40,747 nucleotides of DNA from contig JBATEM010000198.1 in NCBI GenBank assembly GCA_049664005.1, positions 1 through 40,747 of the forward strand, in the 5' to 3' direction. Below are positions 21,464 to 30,726 of the stretch, in pieces. The notes beneath the pieces are model-generated. The model saw only the letters and a program-made list of their open reading frames with translations, was not told where the DNA came from and ran no database searches. Position 1 is the stretch's first letter, and every line of letters starts with the position of its first letter. A program made the position numbers and the translations under genes. The stretch is from Candidatus Macondimonas sp. (GTDB lineage Bacteria > Pseudomonadota > Gammaproteobacteria > UBA5335).

Positions 21464-22331
21464 GAGGCCCGCCGGCACTGTCATTCGCCGGCGGCGAATC
21501 CGAAGGGACGCTGGCGCGCGCAAAGGGCAGCTGCAAACTCCACCACAGCCGGCTCGGATCATTGGACAGGAACTCGGGCAAGCCGATCTGCATCCCGACA
21601 TGGCCTGCCCGCGGCGATGCGACGTAACTGCCGAACCAGCGGTCCCAGATCGACAGGTTGAAGCCGAAATTGCGGTGATGCTCGCGCGGATCGGTTGAGT
21701 GATGGATGCGATGCATGTCCGGTGTCACCAGCAGGCGCCGCAGCATCCGGTCCACGCGTTCCGGAAGCCGGACGTTGGCGTGATTGAAGATTGCCATGGC
21801 GTTGAGGACGATCTCGAATATCATGACGGCAAGGGCTGGCGCACCCAGCAGCAGCACCGCGGCGCTCTTGATCAGCATGGACAGCCCGATCTCGATCGGA
21901 TGGAAACGCAAGGCGGTGGAGGCATCGATTTCGCGATCGGCGTGATGCACCCGGTGCAGCCGCCAGAACAGCGGCACGCGATGAAAAGCCGCGTGCTGAG
22001 CCCAGATCAGCAGATCGAGCAGCAGCAGGCTGACGGTGAACGCCAGCCATGCCGGCAAGTCCAGTCCGTGCAACAGCCCGGTCTGTGTTTGCTCCGCCCA
22101 GAGCGCCACCGCGCCAGCGACCAGCGGCACCGACAGAGCGGCCAGTAGTCGGATCACGCCGGCACCCAGCACCATGATGCTGAGGTTGGTTGCCCAGCGC
22201 TGCGCTCGTCCCAGCCGTCGCTGACGACGCGGCCACAGCGCCTCGGCCAGCGCCATGATCGCAAAAATCCCCGCGAATGCGCTCAGCCGCCACATCAACT
22301 CCGGAATGCCGAGAACGTGCATGAGCGTCAC
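21453..22331 (-). CDS. Sterol desaturase / fatty acid hydroxylase family membrane di-iron enzyme
   Basis: His boxes QHAAFH, LHRVHH, FNHAN and MHRIHH; RFHPIE; NFGFNLSIWDRWFG. Confidence 0.92.
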   Translation of the reverse strand: MTLMHVLGIPELMWRLSAFAGIFAIMALAEALWPRRQRRLGRAQRWATNLSIMVLGAGVIRLLAALSVPLVAGAVALWAEQTQTGLLHGLDLPAWLAFTVSLLLLDLLIWAQHAAFHRVPLFWRLHRVHHADREIDASTALRFHPIEIGLSMLIKSAAVLLLGAPALAVMIFEIVLNAMAIFNHANVRLPERVDRMLRRLLVTPDMHRIHHSTDPREHHRNFGFNLSIWDRWFGSYVASPRAGHVGMQIGLPEFLSNDPSRLWWSLQLPFARASVPSDSPPANDSAGGPHGR

Positions 22332-22861
22332 TCAGGAACGAACGTACGGACTGGGGCAGTAGCTTCGCCCAGTACGAATCGAACGCGTGGATCTGCCGGG
22401 TTGGACCGTTCGCATTGACCAGTGGGCGACTCTTCGATGGCCCGCGCGAAGATACCGCCGCGAAGATTGGCTACCTCGCTGGCGCCATCCGCCAGAAGCC
22501 CTGCGCGAATACGGTTGGCCATGATCGAGCGGCGCCGACCCACCGAACAGTAGCGCAGGATCGACGCGCCGCCGAGAACACGGGAAGTGTCCGACAGCGA
22601 GGCATCCGGCCCGATACGAATGGCGCCGGAAAGGTGATTCACTTCGTGCTCCTCGGGCTCCCTGACGTCGAGCACCACGGGTGGATGTTCGCTGGTCGCG
22701 AGCGCTGCAGGATCCCATTGCGGAACATCGGGGAATTGGCGCGCGATCCGCACTTCGACTTCCGCGAGTGTCTGCGGCCCGAAGGGATACCATCCCCATT
22801 GGGCGTGGCTCGTTCCCGTCGCCACCCTCAGCGTCAGCAGGAGCAGAACAGGCGATCTCAC
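22328..22861 (-). pseudogene. Rhodanese-like domain protein, apparently frameshifted near its 3' end
   Basis: LDVREPEEHEVNHLSGA, YCSVG and NLRGGIF are in frame. The expected tail RPLVNANGPTRQIHAFDSYWAKLL is in a different frame after about 22430. Confidence 0.75.
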
Positions 22862-23568
22862 AGGCTGAATAGCCATGTCGGTAGCCACTGCACCGCCACG
22901 GCTTCCAGGCGCTTGTCGATGCCGGTCAGTACGAGCAACCCAAGTAGGGCGATCGTCCATCCCAGCCACTGTTTGCCGCGCGTCGCACCGGCAAGCAGCG
23001 AGGGCCGTAGCCGCAGCAGTACCTGTCGCGATGTGAGGCCGGCCATCAGCAGGACGAGGCCGGTGCCGAGACCGTAGGCCAGCATCACCAGGAACGCCGG
23101 TAGAAAATCCTGCCCCATCGACGCCAGCGCGATCGCGGCCCCCAAGGTGGGGCCAACGCACGGAAGCCAGACCAAACCCAGCAGGAGTCCGATACCGAAC
23201 TGACCGGTGCCAGATACGGAAGCCGAGGCGGTCGGATTGAGGCGCCCGGTCACTCGCGACAGGCGCAGATTGAGCCAAGTCCCCGCTGAGGGAATCAATA
23301 GCACGACGGCAACGATCAACAGCATACCGCCAGACAATAACCGGAAGAATTCCGGATCCAGTCCCGCGCTGACCAGCACGAACGTCAGCAAGGTGCCGGC
23401 CAGCGCGAAGGACAGGCTCAATCCCGCTGTCAGAAACCACGGCCCGCTGCGTCCGCTCGTTGCTGCGCTCGACATGACGATCGGGACGAGCGGCCAGACG
23501 CAAGGTGACAGCACGCCCAGGGCCCCGGCACCTGCCGAAAGCATGATCTGGGCCGCGCCCAAGCTCAC
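22858..23568 (-). CDS. ccdA: CcdA/DsbD-family transmembrane electron transporter
   Basis: LSPCVWPLVP and GLVWLPCVGPTLG Cys pair; its GTG start overlaps the thioredoxin stop. Confidence 0.9.
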   Translation of the reverse strand: MSLGAAQIMLSAGAGALGVLSPCVWPLVPIVMSSAATSGRSGPWFLTAGLSLSFALAGTLLTFVLVSAGLDPEFFRLLSGGMLLIVAVVLLIPSAGTWLNLRLSRVTGRLNPTASASVSGTGQFGIGLLLGLVWLPCVGPTLGAAIALASMGQDFLPAFLVMLAYGLGTGLVLLMAGLTSRQVLLRLRPSLLAGATRGKQWLGWTIALLGLLVLTGIDKRLEAVAVQWLPTWLFSL

Positions 23569-23987
23569 GGCGCGGCGGCCTTGAGCAGTTCGTCGAAGAT
23601 CACGTCCTCGCGCGTCTCGGCGACCGCGAACCAGCGCTGCGTCGTGCCCTTGAACAGCACGAATGTGGACTGGCGGGGCGCCTTGAAGTGAATGACCCAA
23701 TCCTTCTGCTTCTCGAAGTCCACCGTCAGTATATTGAGCTTGGCGTCTGGATGCGTCTTCTGAAACTTCGCCAGGATGGCTTTCTGCTTGCGGCAAGTTG
23801 GGCACCAGTCGGCAGCGATATCCACCAGCACCAAGGCGTTCTCGGCCTGAAGCGCCTTCAGTCGCGCTTCCGAGAACGGCTCTGCCTGTGGCGCCTCGGC
23901 TGCCTGGCACGCCATCATGAATCCGGCAAGGAGCAAGCTGATCAAGGGCAGCTTAAGGTTTCTGAGGTAAGGAAACAGATTGAACAT
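23565..23987 (-). CDS. Exported thioredoxin-family protein
   Basis: Signal or lipoprotein-like leader (LLLAGFMMAC), then ADWCPTC. Confidence 0.9.
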   Translation of the reverse strand: MFNLFPYLRNLKLPLISLLLAGFMMACQAAEAPQAEPFSEARLKALQAENALVLVDIAADWCPTCRKQKAILAKFQKTHPDAKLNILTVDFEKQKDWVIHFKAPRQSTFVLFKGTTQRWFAVAETREDVIFDELLKAAAP

Positions 23988-24031
23988 AGGGACGCTCCTG
24001 AAAGTTGAATGAGGGATCTGATCGGGATCGA

Positions 24032-24844
24032 TCAGCGGTGACTGCTCGGCGCGTTGAGCTTCCAGTCATACGACAGGTAGTCGAGCTTGAACTGTCCTTT
24101 GGCGATTCGCGCCTGATCGATCGGCGTATCCGCCAGAAGGCTCGCCTGACTCGCCAGCCAGGCCTCGAGTCCTTTGTTGTCTGCCATAAAGTCCTCGCTA
24201 TACCACTTGAAGATTGGCGAAACGCTCAGCACACCACGGCTCGCATTGAAGAGATTGCGCGAACGGTCGGTCAGAAAGCGTCTCTGCTGATCGGTCAGCT
24301 GCGTGTCGAGACGCGCCGCCCGGTAAGGCTCAGGCCGCAGCGCCGGGCAGCCGATCGACGCGCAGTTGACAGCGAAATGGATGCGGGCGTCGTGATAGCG
24401 CGGACGCAGTTGCCGATGCTCGATCCAGTCCAGGGTTCGACGCTCGCCAAAAAGCGTGAAAAAGTCCTGCTTCCAGGGAGAACTCCAGACAGTGCCGAAC
24501 TCGCGAATCGAGCGGATATCGGGATATCGAGTCAGGATCAGTTTCAATGTGAATGCGTTGTAAGCGTTGATCAGAAAGGCCATCTGAGCGGCGGCTTCCC
24601 AGCGCTCGAAATCCGCTTTGTCGACTGCAGAGAATGTCGATAACACGCCATCCAAGGCTTCCTGCTCATGCTTGAGCGTGGTGTAGTCAACGACACTGCT
24701 ATGCCCATCCGCCGTCCATCGCACATGCTTATGCAGGACCGCGGCGTAGGCCGCGTAGTCGTGATCAAAGGCCATGGCAGCGGTGCTCAACATCGTGGCG
24801 GTCATCATCAGCATCATCCTCAAAAAGTTCAGCATGTGCTTCAC
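24032..24844 (-). CDS. DUF547 domain exported protein
   Basis: Signal peptide, AFLINAYNAFT, LDWIEH, DARIHFAVNCASIGCP, SPIFKWY, YDWKLN. Confidence 0.92.
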   Translation of the reverse strand: MKHMLNFLRMMLMMTATMLSTAAMAFDHDYAAYAAVLHKHVRWTADGHSSVVDYTTLKHEQEALDGVLSTFSAVDKADFERWEAAAQMAFLINAYNAFTLKLILTRYPDIRSIREFGTVWSSPWKQDFFTLFGERRTLDWIEHRQLRPRYHDARIHFAVNCASIGCPALRPEPYRAARLDTQLTDQQRRFLTDRSRNLFNASRGVLSVSPIFKWYSEDFMADNKGLEAWLASQASLLADTPIDQARIAKGQFKLDYLSYDWKLNAPSSHR

Positions 24845-26994
24845 GCTCTTCTCCAGGTGTGGAATCGATCGACATAGCGCAGCAGGCGCTCCGGCTGGTG
24901 CGCCTGCTTCCAGAGGCCGGCCACGTACTTGTTGGCCTCGGCCAGCGTGGGATAGATATGAATGGTGCCGAGGATCTTGTTCAGGCCGATGCGGTGTTTC
25001 ATCGCCAGCACATACTCGGCCAGCAGGTCACCGGCATGATCGCCAACGATGGTGACGCCGAGAATCCGGTCCTTGCCCGGCACCGTCAACACCTTGACGA
25101 AGCCATGCGCCTCGCCATCGGCAATGGCCCGGTCAAGCTCTTTCAATGAATAGCGAACGACTTCATAGGCAATGCCTTTCTCCTGCGCCTCCGTCTCGTT
25201 GAGACCCACCCGCGCGACCTCTGGCTCCGTGAACGTGGCCCAGGGAATGACCGAATAATCGACCTTGAACGGCCCGCCCCGCAGGGTGAGGAAGAGGCTG
25301 AACAGGCTGTTGACGGTGGCATACCACGCCATGTGTGCCGCGGTGTGGGTGAACTGGAACGGCCCGGCCACGTCACCGACGGCGTAGATATTGGGGAAGC
25401 TCGTCTGCAGGAACTCGTTGACCGCAATCGTGCGCCCGGTCTTGACGCCCAGTTCTTCGAGTCCAAAGCCCTTGAGCCGCGCCACACGGCCAACCGCGAC
25501 CAGGATGGCATCGAAGGCCACGCGCTCCTCGCGTCCTTCGGACTCGCAGACCAGAAGCTTCTCACCGTTTTCGATGACCACGGCCTTGGCCCGGGTGTTG
25601 ACGCGCACATCGACGCCCTCGGCGCGGAAGCGGTCGATGACGAGTTCCGAGACCTCCGGGTCCTCGCGCACCAGCAGTCGCGGCAGCATTTCAATCTGCG
25701 TCACCTGGGAGCCCAGTCGCGCGAAAGCCTGTGTAAGCTCGGAGCCGATCGGCCCGCCGCCAAGTACGATCAATCGCTTCGGCTGCTCGCGCAGCTGCCA
25801 GATGGTGTCGGACGTCAGATAACCGACCTCTGCGAGCCCCGGGATCGGCGGCACGAAGGGCTCCGCGCCGGTGGCCAGGATGATGTTCCGTGCGCTCAGG
25901 CGTCCGCCATTGACTTCGACGGTCCACGGATCGACCAGCTTTGCTTCGCCCAGGACACATTCCACGCCCAGCGCGGTGAAGCGCTCGACCGAGTCATGTG
26001 GCGCAATTGCTTTGACGATCTGCGCGACGCGATCCATCACCTTGGCGAAGTCGGCTTCACCCGCAACCTTGTCAAAGCCGAACTCGCTGCCACGCCGCAG
26101 CTGACTGGCGTACTTCGCCGAGCGGATCAGCGCCTTGGATGGCACGCAGCCGGTATTCAGGCAGTCGCCGCCCATTTGGTGCTTCTCGATCAGTGTCACC
26201 TTGGCGCGAACCGCGGCCGCGATATATGCGCTGACCAGCCCGCCGCTGCCGGCACCGATCACGATCAGGTTGCGATCAAACCGCGTCGGCCGGCGAAAGC
26301 CGCGATAGATTTCGCGCGACCGTACGGCATTGACGAGGCCTCGGGCCAGATAGGGAAAGAGGCCGAGCAGGACGAAGGCGCCGATCAGCCCCGGCGACAG
26401 GATGTCGGCCAGCGAATGCAGCTGCGCAAGCTGGGTGCCGGCATTCACATAGACCAGGGTGCCCGCCAGCATGCCGAGCTGGCTCACCCAGAAGAAGCGC
26501 CGCGCCGGCATCGCGGTGAGACCCATCAGCAGGTTGATGAGGAAAAATGGAAACAAGGGCACCAGTCGCAGCGTGAACAGATAGAACGCACCGTCGCGCT
26601 CAATGCCGGCATTGAGCGCCTTAAGTCGATCGCCGTAGCGGGCCTCGATCGCATCGCGCAGCAGATAACGGGCAGCGAGGAAGGCGCCCGTCGCGCCCAG
26701 CGTCGAGGCAAACGAGACGATAATAAGCCCCCACCACAGCCCGAAGATCGCGCCCGCCGCCAAGGTCAGCACGACAGCGCCTGGTACCGAGAGCGCTGTC
26801 GCCAGCACGTAGATGGTAAAAAAGCTGGCGGCCGCGATCAGGGGCTGTTCATTGCGCCAAGCCTGCAGCACACCATGCTGCGCGTGTAGGAAATCGAGCG
26901 ACAAGTAACGTCCGAGATCCAGCACGAAGAACGCCACGATCGTCATCGCGATGAGCAGGCCAATCACGAGGCGTCGCAGCAGGGGAGCGCTCAT
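24841..26994 (-). CDS. Fusion of a TVP38/TMEM64 (DedA-like) membrane domain and a class I pyridine nucleotide-disulfide oxidoreductase
   Basis: N-terminal LSVPGA..LRLVPLFPFFLIN; then IGAGSGG, GGDCLNTGCVPSK, GGGPIG, GDVAG and HIYPT; 717 aa. Confidence 0.93.
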   Translation of the reverse strand: MSAPLLRRLVIGLLIAMTIVAFFVLDLGRYLSLDFLHAQHGVLQAWRNEQPLIAAASFFTIYVLATALSVPGAVVLTLAAGAIFGLWWGLIIVSFASTLGATGAFLAARYLLRDAIEARYGDRLKALNAGIERDGAFYLFTLRLVPLFPFFLINLLMGLTAMPARRFFWVSQLGMLAGTLVYVNAGTQLAQLHSLADILSPGLIGAFVLLGLFPYLARGLVNAVRSREIYRGFRRPTRFDRNLIVIGAGSGGLVSAYIAAAVRAKVTLIEKHQMGGDCLNTGCVPSKALIRSAKYASQLRRGSEFGFDKVAGEADFAKVMDRVAQIVKAIAPHDSVERFTALGVECVLGEAKLVDPWTVEVNGGRLSARNIILATGAEPFVPPIPGLAEVGYLTSDTIWQLREQPKRLIVLGGGPIGSELTQAFARLGSQVTQIEMLPRLLVREDPEVSELVIDRFRAEGVDVRVNTRAKAVVIENGEKLLVCESEGREERVAFDAILVAVGRVARLKGFGLEELGVKTGRTIAVNEFLQTSFPNIYAVGDVAGPFQFTHTAAHMAWYATVNSLFSLFLTLRGGPFKVDYSVIPWATFTEPEVARVGLNETEAQEKGIAYEVVRYSLKELDRAIADGEAHGFVKVLTVPGKDRILGVTIVGDHAGDLLAEYVLAMKHRIGLNKILGTIHIYPTLAEANKYVAGLWKQAHQPERLLRYVDRFHTWRRA

Positions 26995-26995
26995 G

Positions 26996-27835
26996 TCAGA
27001 GTCCTGCGCGATTCAGTGCAGTAATGAAATCGGCGGGCTCGGGCCGGATACGGTAGTTGTCCGTGAGATCGCTGTAGACGATGCGACCGCCCGCAGCGGT
27101 GATGAACACCGTCGGCATCGGCACATCGGAGTCGTAACCCAAAGCCTGCATGCCCATCGGCAAGCCACCTTTGGCGAGGATACCGAGTTGCGCGGCGACC
27201 CGATTGTCGCGATCGGTCAGGAAGCGCATGGGGGCCTCGAAGCGCTGTGCGAGACTGCGCGTGTGGTCCTGCGGCTGCGGGCTGATGAGGAAGACCTCGA
27301 CGCCGCGATCGGCGAGTCGCCGGTACTCGGCCGCGACTTCCTTGATCTGTGCCATGCACAGCGGGCACCAGTTGCCGCGATAGAACAGCCACAGCGCGGG
27401 CTTTTGGGTCAGCTCGCGGGTGCGCAACTCGCGGCCATCGATGTCGACCAGTCCCAGATCGGGCAGCAGTTTTCCAACCCCGAGCAGCTCGCGGGGACGC
27501 GCACTGAAGCGCGAGTACCAGCGAATGTAGAGCAGTGACAGCAGCACGCCGTTGAACAAGGCGATGCCGGCCGCTAGGCCGGGTCCGGCATCGGCGAGCG
27601 CGACGGCAGTTCCCACGCCACCGGCAATCGGAATCCCGTTGAGGTTGGCACTGGTCCGTGCGGTTGAACCCATGAACAGGTGCATGAAGAACGCTATTGG
27701 CACGCCGGATGCCAACACGACACCCCACCAGGCCCATGCCTGCGGTGTGGTCCATAAGCGCGTGGCCGCGACGATCAGCCCGGCCATCAGCGCCATCATG
27801 TAGAACGAAACAAAGAGTGCCTTGATGCGATGCAT
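26996..27835 (-). CDS. Membrane-anchored peroxiredoxin-like (AhpC/TSA) protein
   Basis: About 100-aa hydrophobic N-terminus, then LFYRGNWCPLC, PTVFI and NYRIRPEP. Confidence 0.85.
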   Translation of the reverse strand: MHRIKALFVSFYMMALMAGLIVAATRLWTTPQAWAWWGVVLASGVPIAFFMHLFMGSTARTSANLNGIPIAGGVGTAVALADAGPGLAAGIALFNGVLLSLLYIRWYSRFSARPRELLGVGKLLPDLGLVDIDGRELRTRELTQKPALWLFYRGNWCPLCMAQIKEVAAEYRRLADRGVEVFLISPQPQDHTRSLAQRFEAPMRFLTDRDNRVAAQLGILAKGGLPMGMQALGYDSDVPMPTVFITAAGGRIVYSDLTDNYRIRPEPADFITALNRAGL

Positions 27836-27845
27836 GATGAATTCC

Positions 27846-28874
27846 TCAGGTGGAAAGCGCGCCACCGCAGGAGGAGCCCGCGCCGGCGGTGCACCCCAGA
27901 CAGTGGCGATCGAAACGGATCGCGCGGTTCAGCAGACGCGCTTGGTCGAAGTGATTGAGAGTCATTGCCTGGCCGTCGGCATCACGCGCCGCGATGCCGA
28001 GCTGCTGGTTGAAGTCGCAGTCGAACAGGCGCCCCGCATGGTCCACGCTGATCAGACGCCGGCACATCACGCCCTCGGCCGCCTGCGGGTTGAAGGCCGC
28101 CAGCAAGGTGTTCATGTAGCGTTCGTACTGGCCGTCCTTGTGTAAGTGCAGCGCAAAGCGATGGATTGGCATGTTGGTGATGGTGAACAGACGGCTGAAG
28201 ACGATGCCGTGGTGCTCGGCCAGCTCGCGGCGGTAGTCCGCTTCCAGACCGGCTTGCGGCGGCGGCAGCGACGGCCCGAGCGGGTTGTAGACCAGCGTCA
28301 GCGTGAGCCCGGAATCGGGCTGGCCATAGCCGACGGCATTGAGCCGGTGCAGCGCGGTGATGGACTTTTCGAAGACGCCTTTGCCGCGCTGGGTGTCGGT
28401 GTTCTTCTCGCCGTAGCACGGCAGCGAGGAAATGACCTCGACGCGGTGCTCGGCGAAGAAGGCGGGGAGATGAACCATCGACTGTCCCGTTTTCGGATGA
28501 CCGTCGAGTTGCACCGTCAGGTTGTGTCGCACCATGACGTGTTTGCCGAGCGCTGTGGCGCCGATGACGAGGCGTTCGAAATCCGGATGCAGCTCCGGCG
28601 CCCCGCCGGTGAGATCGAGCTGGCTGACCTGCGGGTACTCGGCCAGGATCGCCAACACACGATCGACATGCGCGGATGACAACTGCTCGGTTCGTGCCGG
28701 CGAGGCATCGACATGGCAATGCCGGCAGGCCTGGTTGCACAGCTTGGTCAGGTTGACCTGCAGGGTCTGGACGTCGATCGGCGGCAAGGCCAGCGCATGC
28801 TCTGCCAGCAGGCTTTCGAACGCCGGACCGTGATCGGAACCTGGAAGATCGGCGAGTCGGACGGCGATGTTCAT
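27846..28874 (-). CDS. arsS: Arsenosugar biosynthesis radical SAM protein
   Basis: TLQVNL..LCNQACRHCHV, DLTGGAPE, SLPCY, QRGKGVF, LVYNP, ITNMPI.RF, DCDFNQ and the C-terminal HCLGCTAGAGSSCGG; adjacent to arsM. Confidence 0.93.
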   Translation of the reverse strand: MNIAVRLADLPGSDHGPAFESLLAEHALALPPIDVQTLQVNLTKLCNQACRHCHVDASPARTEQLSSAHVDRVLAILAEYPQVSQLDLTGGAPELHPDFERLVIGATALGKHVMVRHNLTVQLDGHPKTGQSMVHLPAFFAEHRVEVISSLPCYGEKNTDTQRGKGVFEKSITALHRLNAVGYGQPDSGLTLTLVYNPLGPSLPPPQAGLEADYRRELAEHHGIVFSRLFTITNMPIHRFALHLHKDGQYERYMNTLLAAFNPQAAEGVMCRRLISVDHAGRLFDCDFNQQLGIAARDADGQAMTLNHFDQARLLNRAIRFDRHCLGCTAGAGSSCGGALST

Positions 28875-29908
28875 CAGCAGCAGGCTCCGGGGCTGGCGGC
28901 GACGACAGCGCCGGGGGGTGCGCAATCGAACAAGCCGAAGTGCTGCGCCTTCTCGCCGAGCACGCGGAAATGCGCCGCATAGCGCGATCCGCCGAGCATA
29001 TCGGCCGTGTTGCCGCAGACCAGCATCGGCTTGCCGCTCACGAAGTGATGGTGATCGTCGAAGTCGAAGGCGTGCGGCGCTTCGGGCAGCGTGCCGAGAT
29101 AGATGGCGACCTGGCCATAGTCCTCGCAGCGATCTTCGAGATCGAGCTTGAAGGCGCGTACCGTGCGCGAGTAGAAGCGGATGTTGCCGGCACGGCGTTC
29201 CAGCGCCGGGTTATTGATCAGCAGCGGACGGCTGGTGACGATGCGGACGTCCGCGCAGCCGACACGCAGCATCAGGCGCCGGAAGTCCTCTTCATACAGG
29301 GCGCCGCCGAGACACTCGCCGAGCATGACCGGGTCCGCTGCCAGCGCCGCCGGAATCCGCCGGTCGCTGAAGACATCGGCGAAATAGAGTTCGCCGCCGG
29401 GCTTGAGGACGCGGAAGATTTCGCGGAAGACGCGCTCTTTGTCCGGCGAGAGATTGATGACGCAGTTGCTGACGACCAGATCGAGACTGGCGTCGTCGAT
29501 GCCATCGAGTTGCTCGATGTAACCCTGCACAAAGCGTGTGTTGGCGTAGCCGAAGCGTTCGGCGTGCCAGGCCTGTGTACCGCGCGCCACCTCCAGCTGC
29601 GCTTCGGTCATGTCCAGGCCTGTCACCTGACCTTCGGCACCGACCAGCTGCGCGAGCACATAGCAGTCGAGGCCGGAGCCGCAACCGAGGTCGAGCGCCT
29701 TCAAACCCGCCAGCGCCGACGGGATCGGCGAGCCGCAGCCGTAGAAGCGGTTCTTGACGTCCTCGTGCACGTTCTTCAAGGCATCGAGGACGCGCGCGGG
29801 CAGGGCTTCCGTCAGGCAGCAGGCGCTGGTCTTGAGATCAGTGGACGATTGCAGAATCCGCCCGTAGTAGTCCTGCACGCTCTCATGGGTCTTGAAGTCG
29901 CTGTCCAT
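28874..29908 (-). CDS. arsM: Arsenite S-adenosylmethionine methyltransferase
   Basis: LKTSACC, FYGCGSP, LDLGCGSG, VSNCVINL, GECLGGAL, C-terminal CC; TGATG overlap with arsS. Confidence 0.9.
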   Translation of the reverse strand: MDSDFKTHESVQDYYGRILQSSTDLKTSACCLTEALPARVLDALKNVHEDVKNRFYGCGSPIPSALAGLKALDLGCGSGLDCYVLAQLVGAEGQVTGLDMTEAQLEVARGTQAWHAERFGYANTRFVQGYIEQLDGIDDASLDLVVSNCVINLSPDKERVFREIFRVLKPGGELYFADVFSDRRIPAALAADPVMLGECLGGALYEEDFRRLMLRVGCADVRIVTSRPLLINNPALERRAGNIRFYSRTVRAFKLDLEDRCEDYGQVAIYLGTLPEAPHAFDFDDHHHFVSGKPMLVCGNTADMLGGSRYAAHFRVLGEKAQHFGLFDCAPPGAVVAASPGACC

Positions 29909-29949
29909 ATTGAAATCTCGTTCGTTCGTTAGGGGGTTCGGTCAGAAGG

Positions 29950-30726
29950 TCAGCCGCGGCGGCCATCGATGTAGGCCGCGACCAAGGGCTCGTTGGGGGC
30001 GCCGAACAGCGCGTCTGTGCGATTGAACTCGATCAGCCGGCCACTGCCTTCATGCGTCCAGAACGCCGCGCAGTAATCCGAGATGCGCCGCGCCTGTGCG
30101 AGGTTGTGCGTGACGACGACGAGGGTGTAGCGCGTCTTCAAGCGCAGGATCAGTTCTTCGATCACTGCACCGGAGATCGGGTCGAGCGCTGAGCAGGGCT
30201 CGTCCATCATCAGGACTTCGGGCTCCAGCGTCAGCGCGCGGGCGATGCAGAGTCGTTGCTGCTGACCACCTGAAAGCGCCAGGGCCGAGCCGTGCAGGCG
30301 ATCGCGAACTTCCTGCCAGAGTCCTACCTCGGTGAGGACCTGCTCGATGATCGCGTCCTGCTCGGCGCGATGCCGAACGCCGCGCTCCAACAAGGGCAGT
30401 TCCAGATTGCGTCGGATCGACAGCGGAAATGGGTGCGGCTTCTGAAAGATCATGCCGACGCGCCGGCGCAATGCGATCAGGTCGGTGGCGGCATCGTGCA
30501 CACTGATGCCGTGAAAGCAGACGCAGCCTTCGATTCGGCAATCGCTGACCAGATCGGTAAGGCGGTTCAGGCTCATCAGCAAGCTGCTCTTGCCGCAGCC
30601 GGAGGGGCCGATGATGGCGGTCACGCTGCGCGCCGCGAAACCGATCGAGACTTCGCGCAATGCGTAGTGCGCCCCGTATGCCAGGCTCAACTTGCGCGTC
30701 TGCAATACGGCGTGACGGGCGCTCAT
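29950..30726 (-). CDS. pstB: PstB-like ABC ATPase
   Basis: GPSGCGKS, GMIFQKP.PF, LSGGQQQRLCIARAL, DEPCSALDP, VTHN. Confidence 0.92.
   Translation of the reverse strand: MSARHAVLQTRKLSLAYGAHYALREVSIGFAARSVTAIIGPSGCGKSSLLMSLNRLTDLVSDCRIEGCVCFHGISVHDAATDLIALRRRVGMIFQKPHPFPLSIRRNLELPLLERGVRHRAEQDAIIEQVLTEVGLWQEVRDRLHGSALALSGGQQQRLCIARALTLEPEVLMMDEPCSALDPISGAVIEELILRLKTRYTLVVVTHNLAQARRISDYCAAFWTHEGSGRLIEFNRTDALFGAPNEPLVAAYIDGRRG

Noticed and set aside
24841..26994. Calling this gene merA to complete the mer operon
   Set aside because: It lacks the C-terminal vicinal Cys pair and the NmerA domain, has an HIYPT motif and a TVP38 fusion, and lies in the arsS operon about 8 kb from merR.
27846..29908. 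Selenocysteine read-through in ArsS or ArsM, or an arsinothricin (arsLM) cluster
   Set aside because: ArsS ends in SSCGG encoded with a Cys codon, and the arsM TGA simply overlaps the arsS ATG. The radical SAM motifs are ArsS-type.
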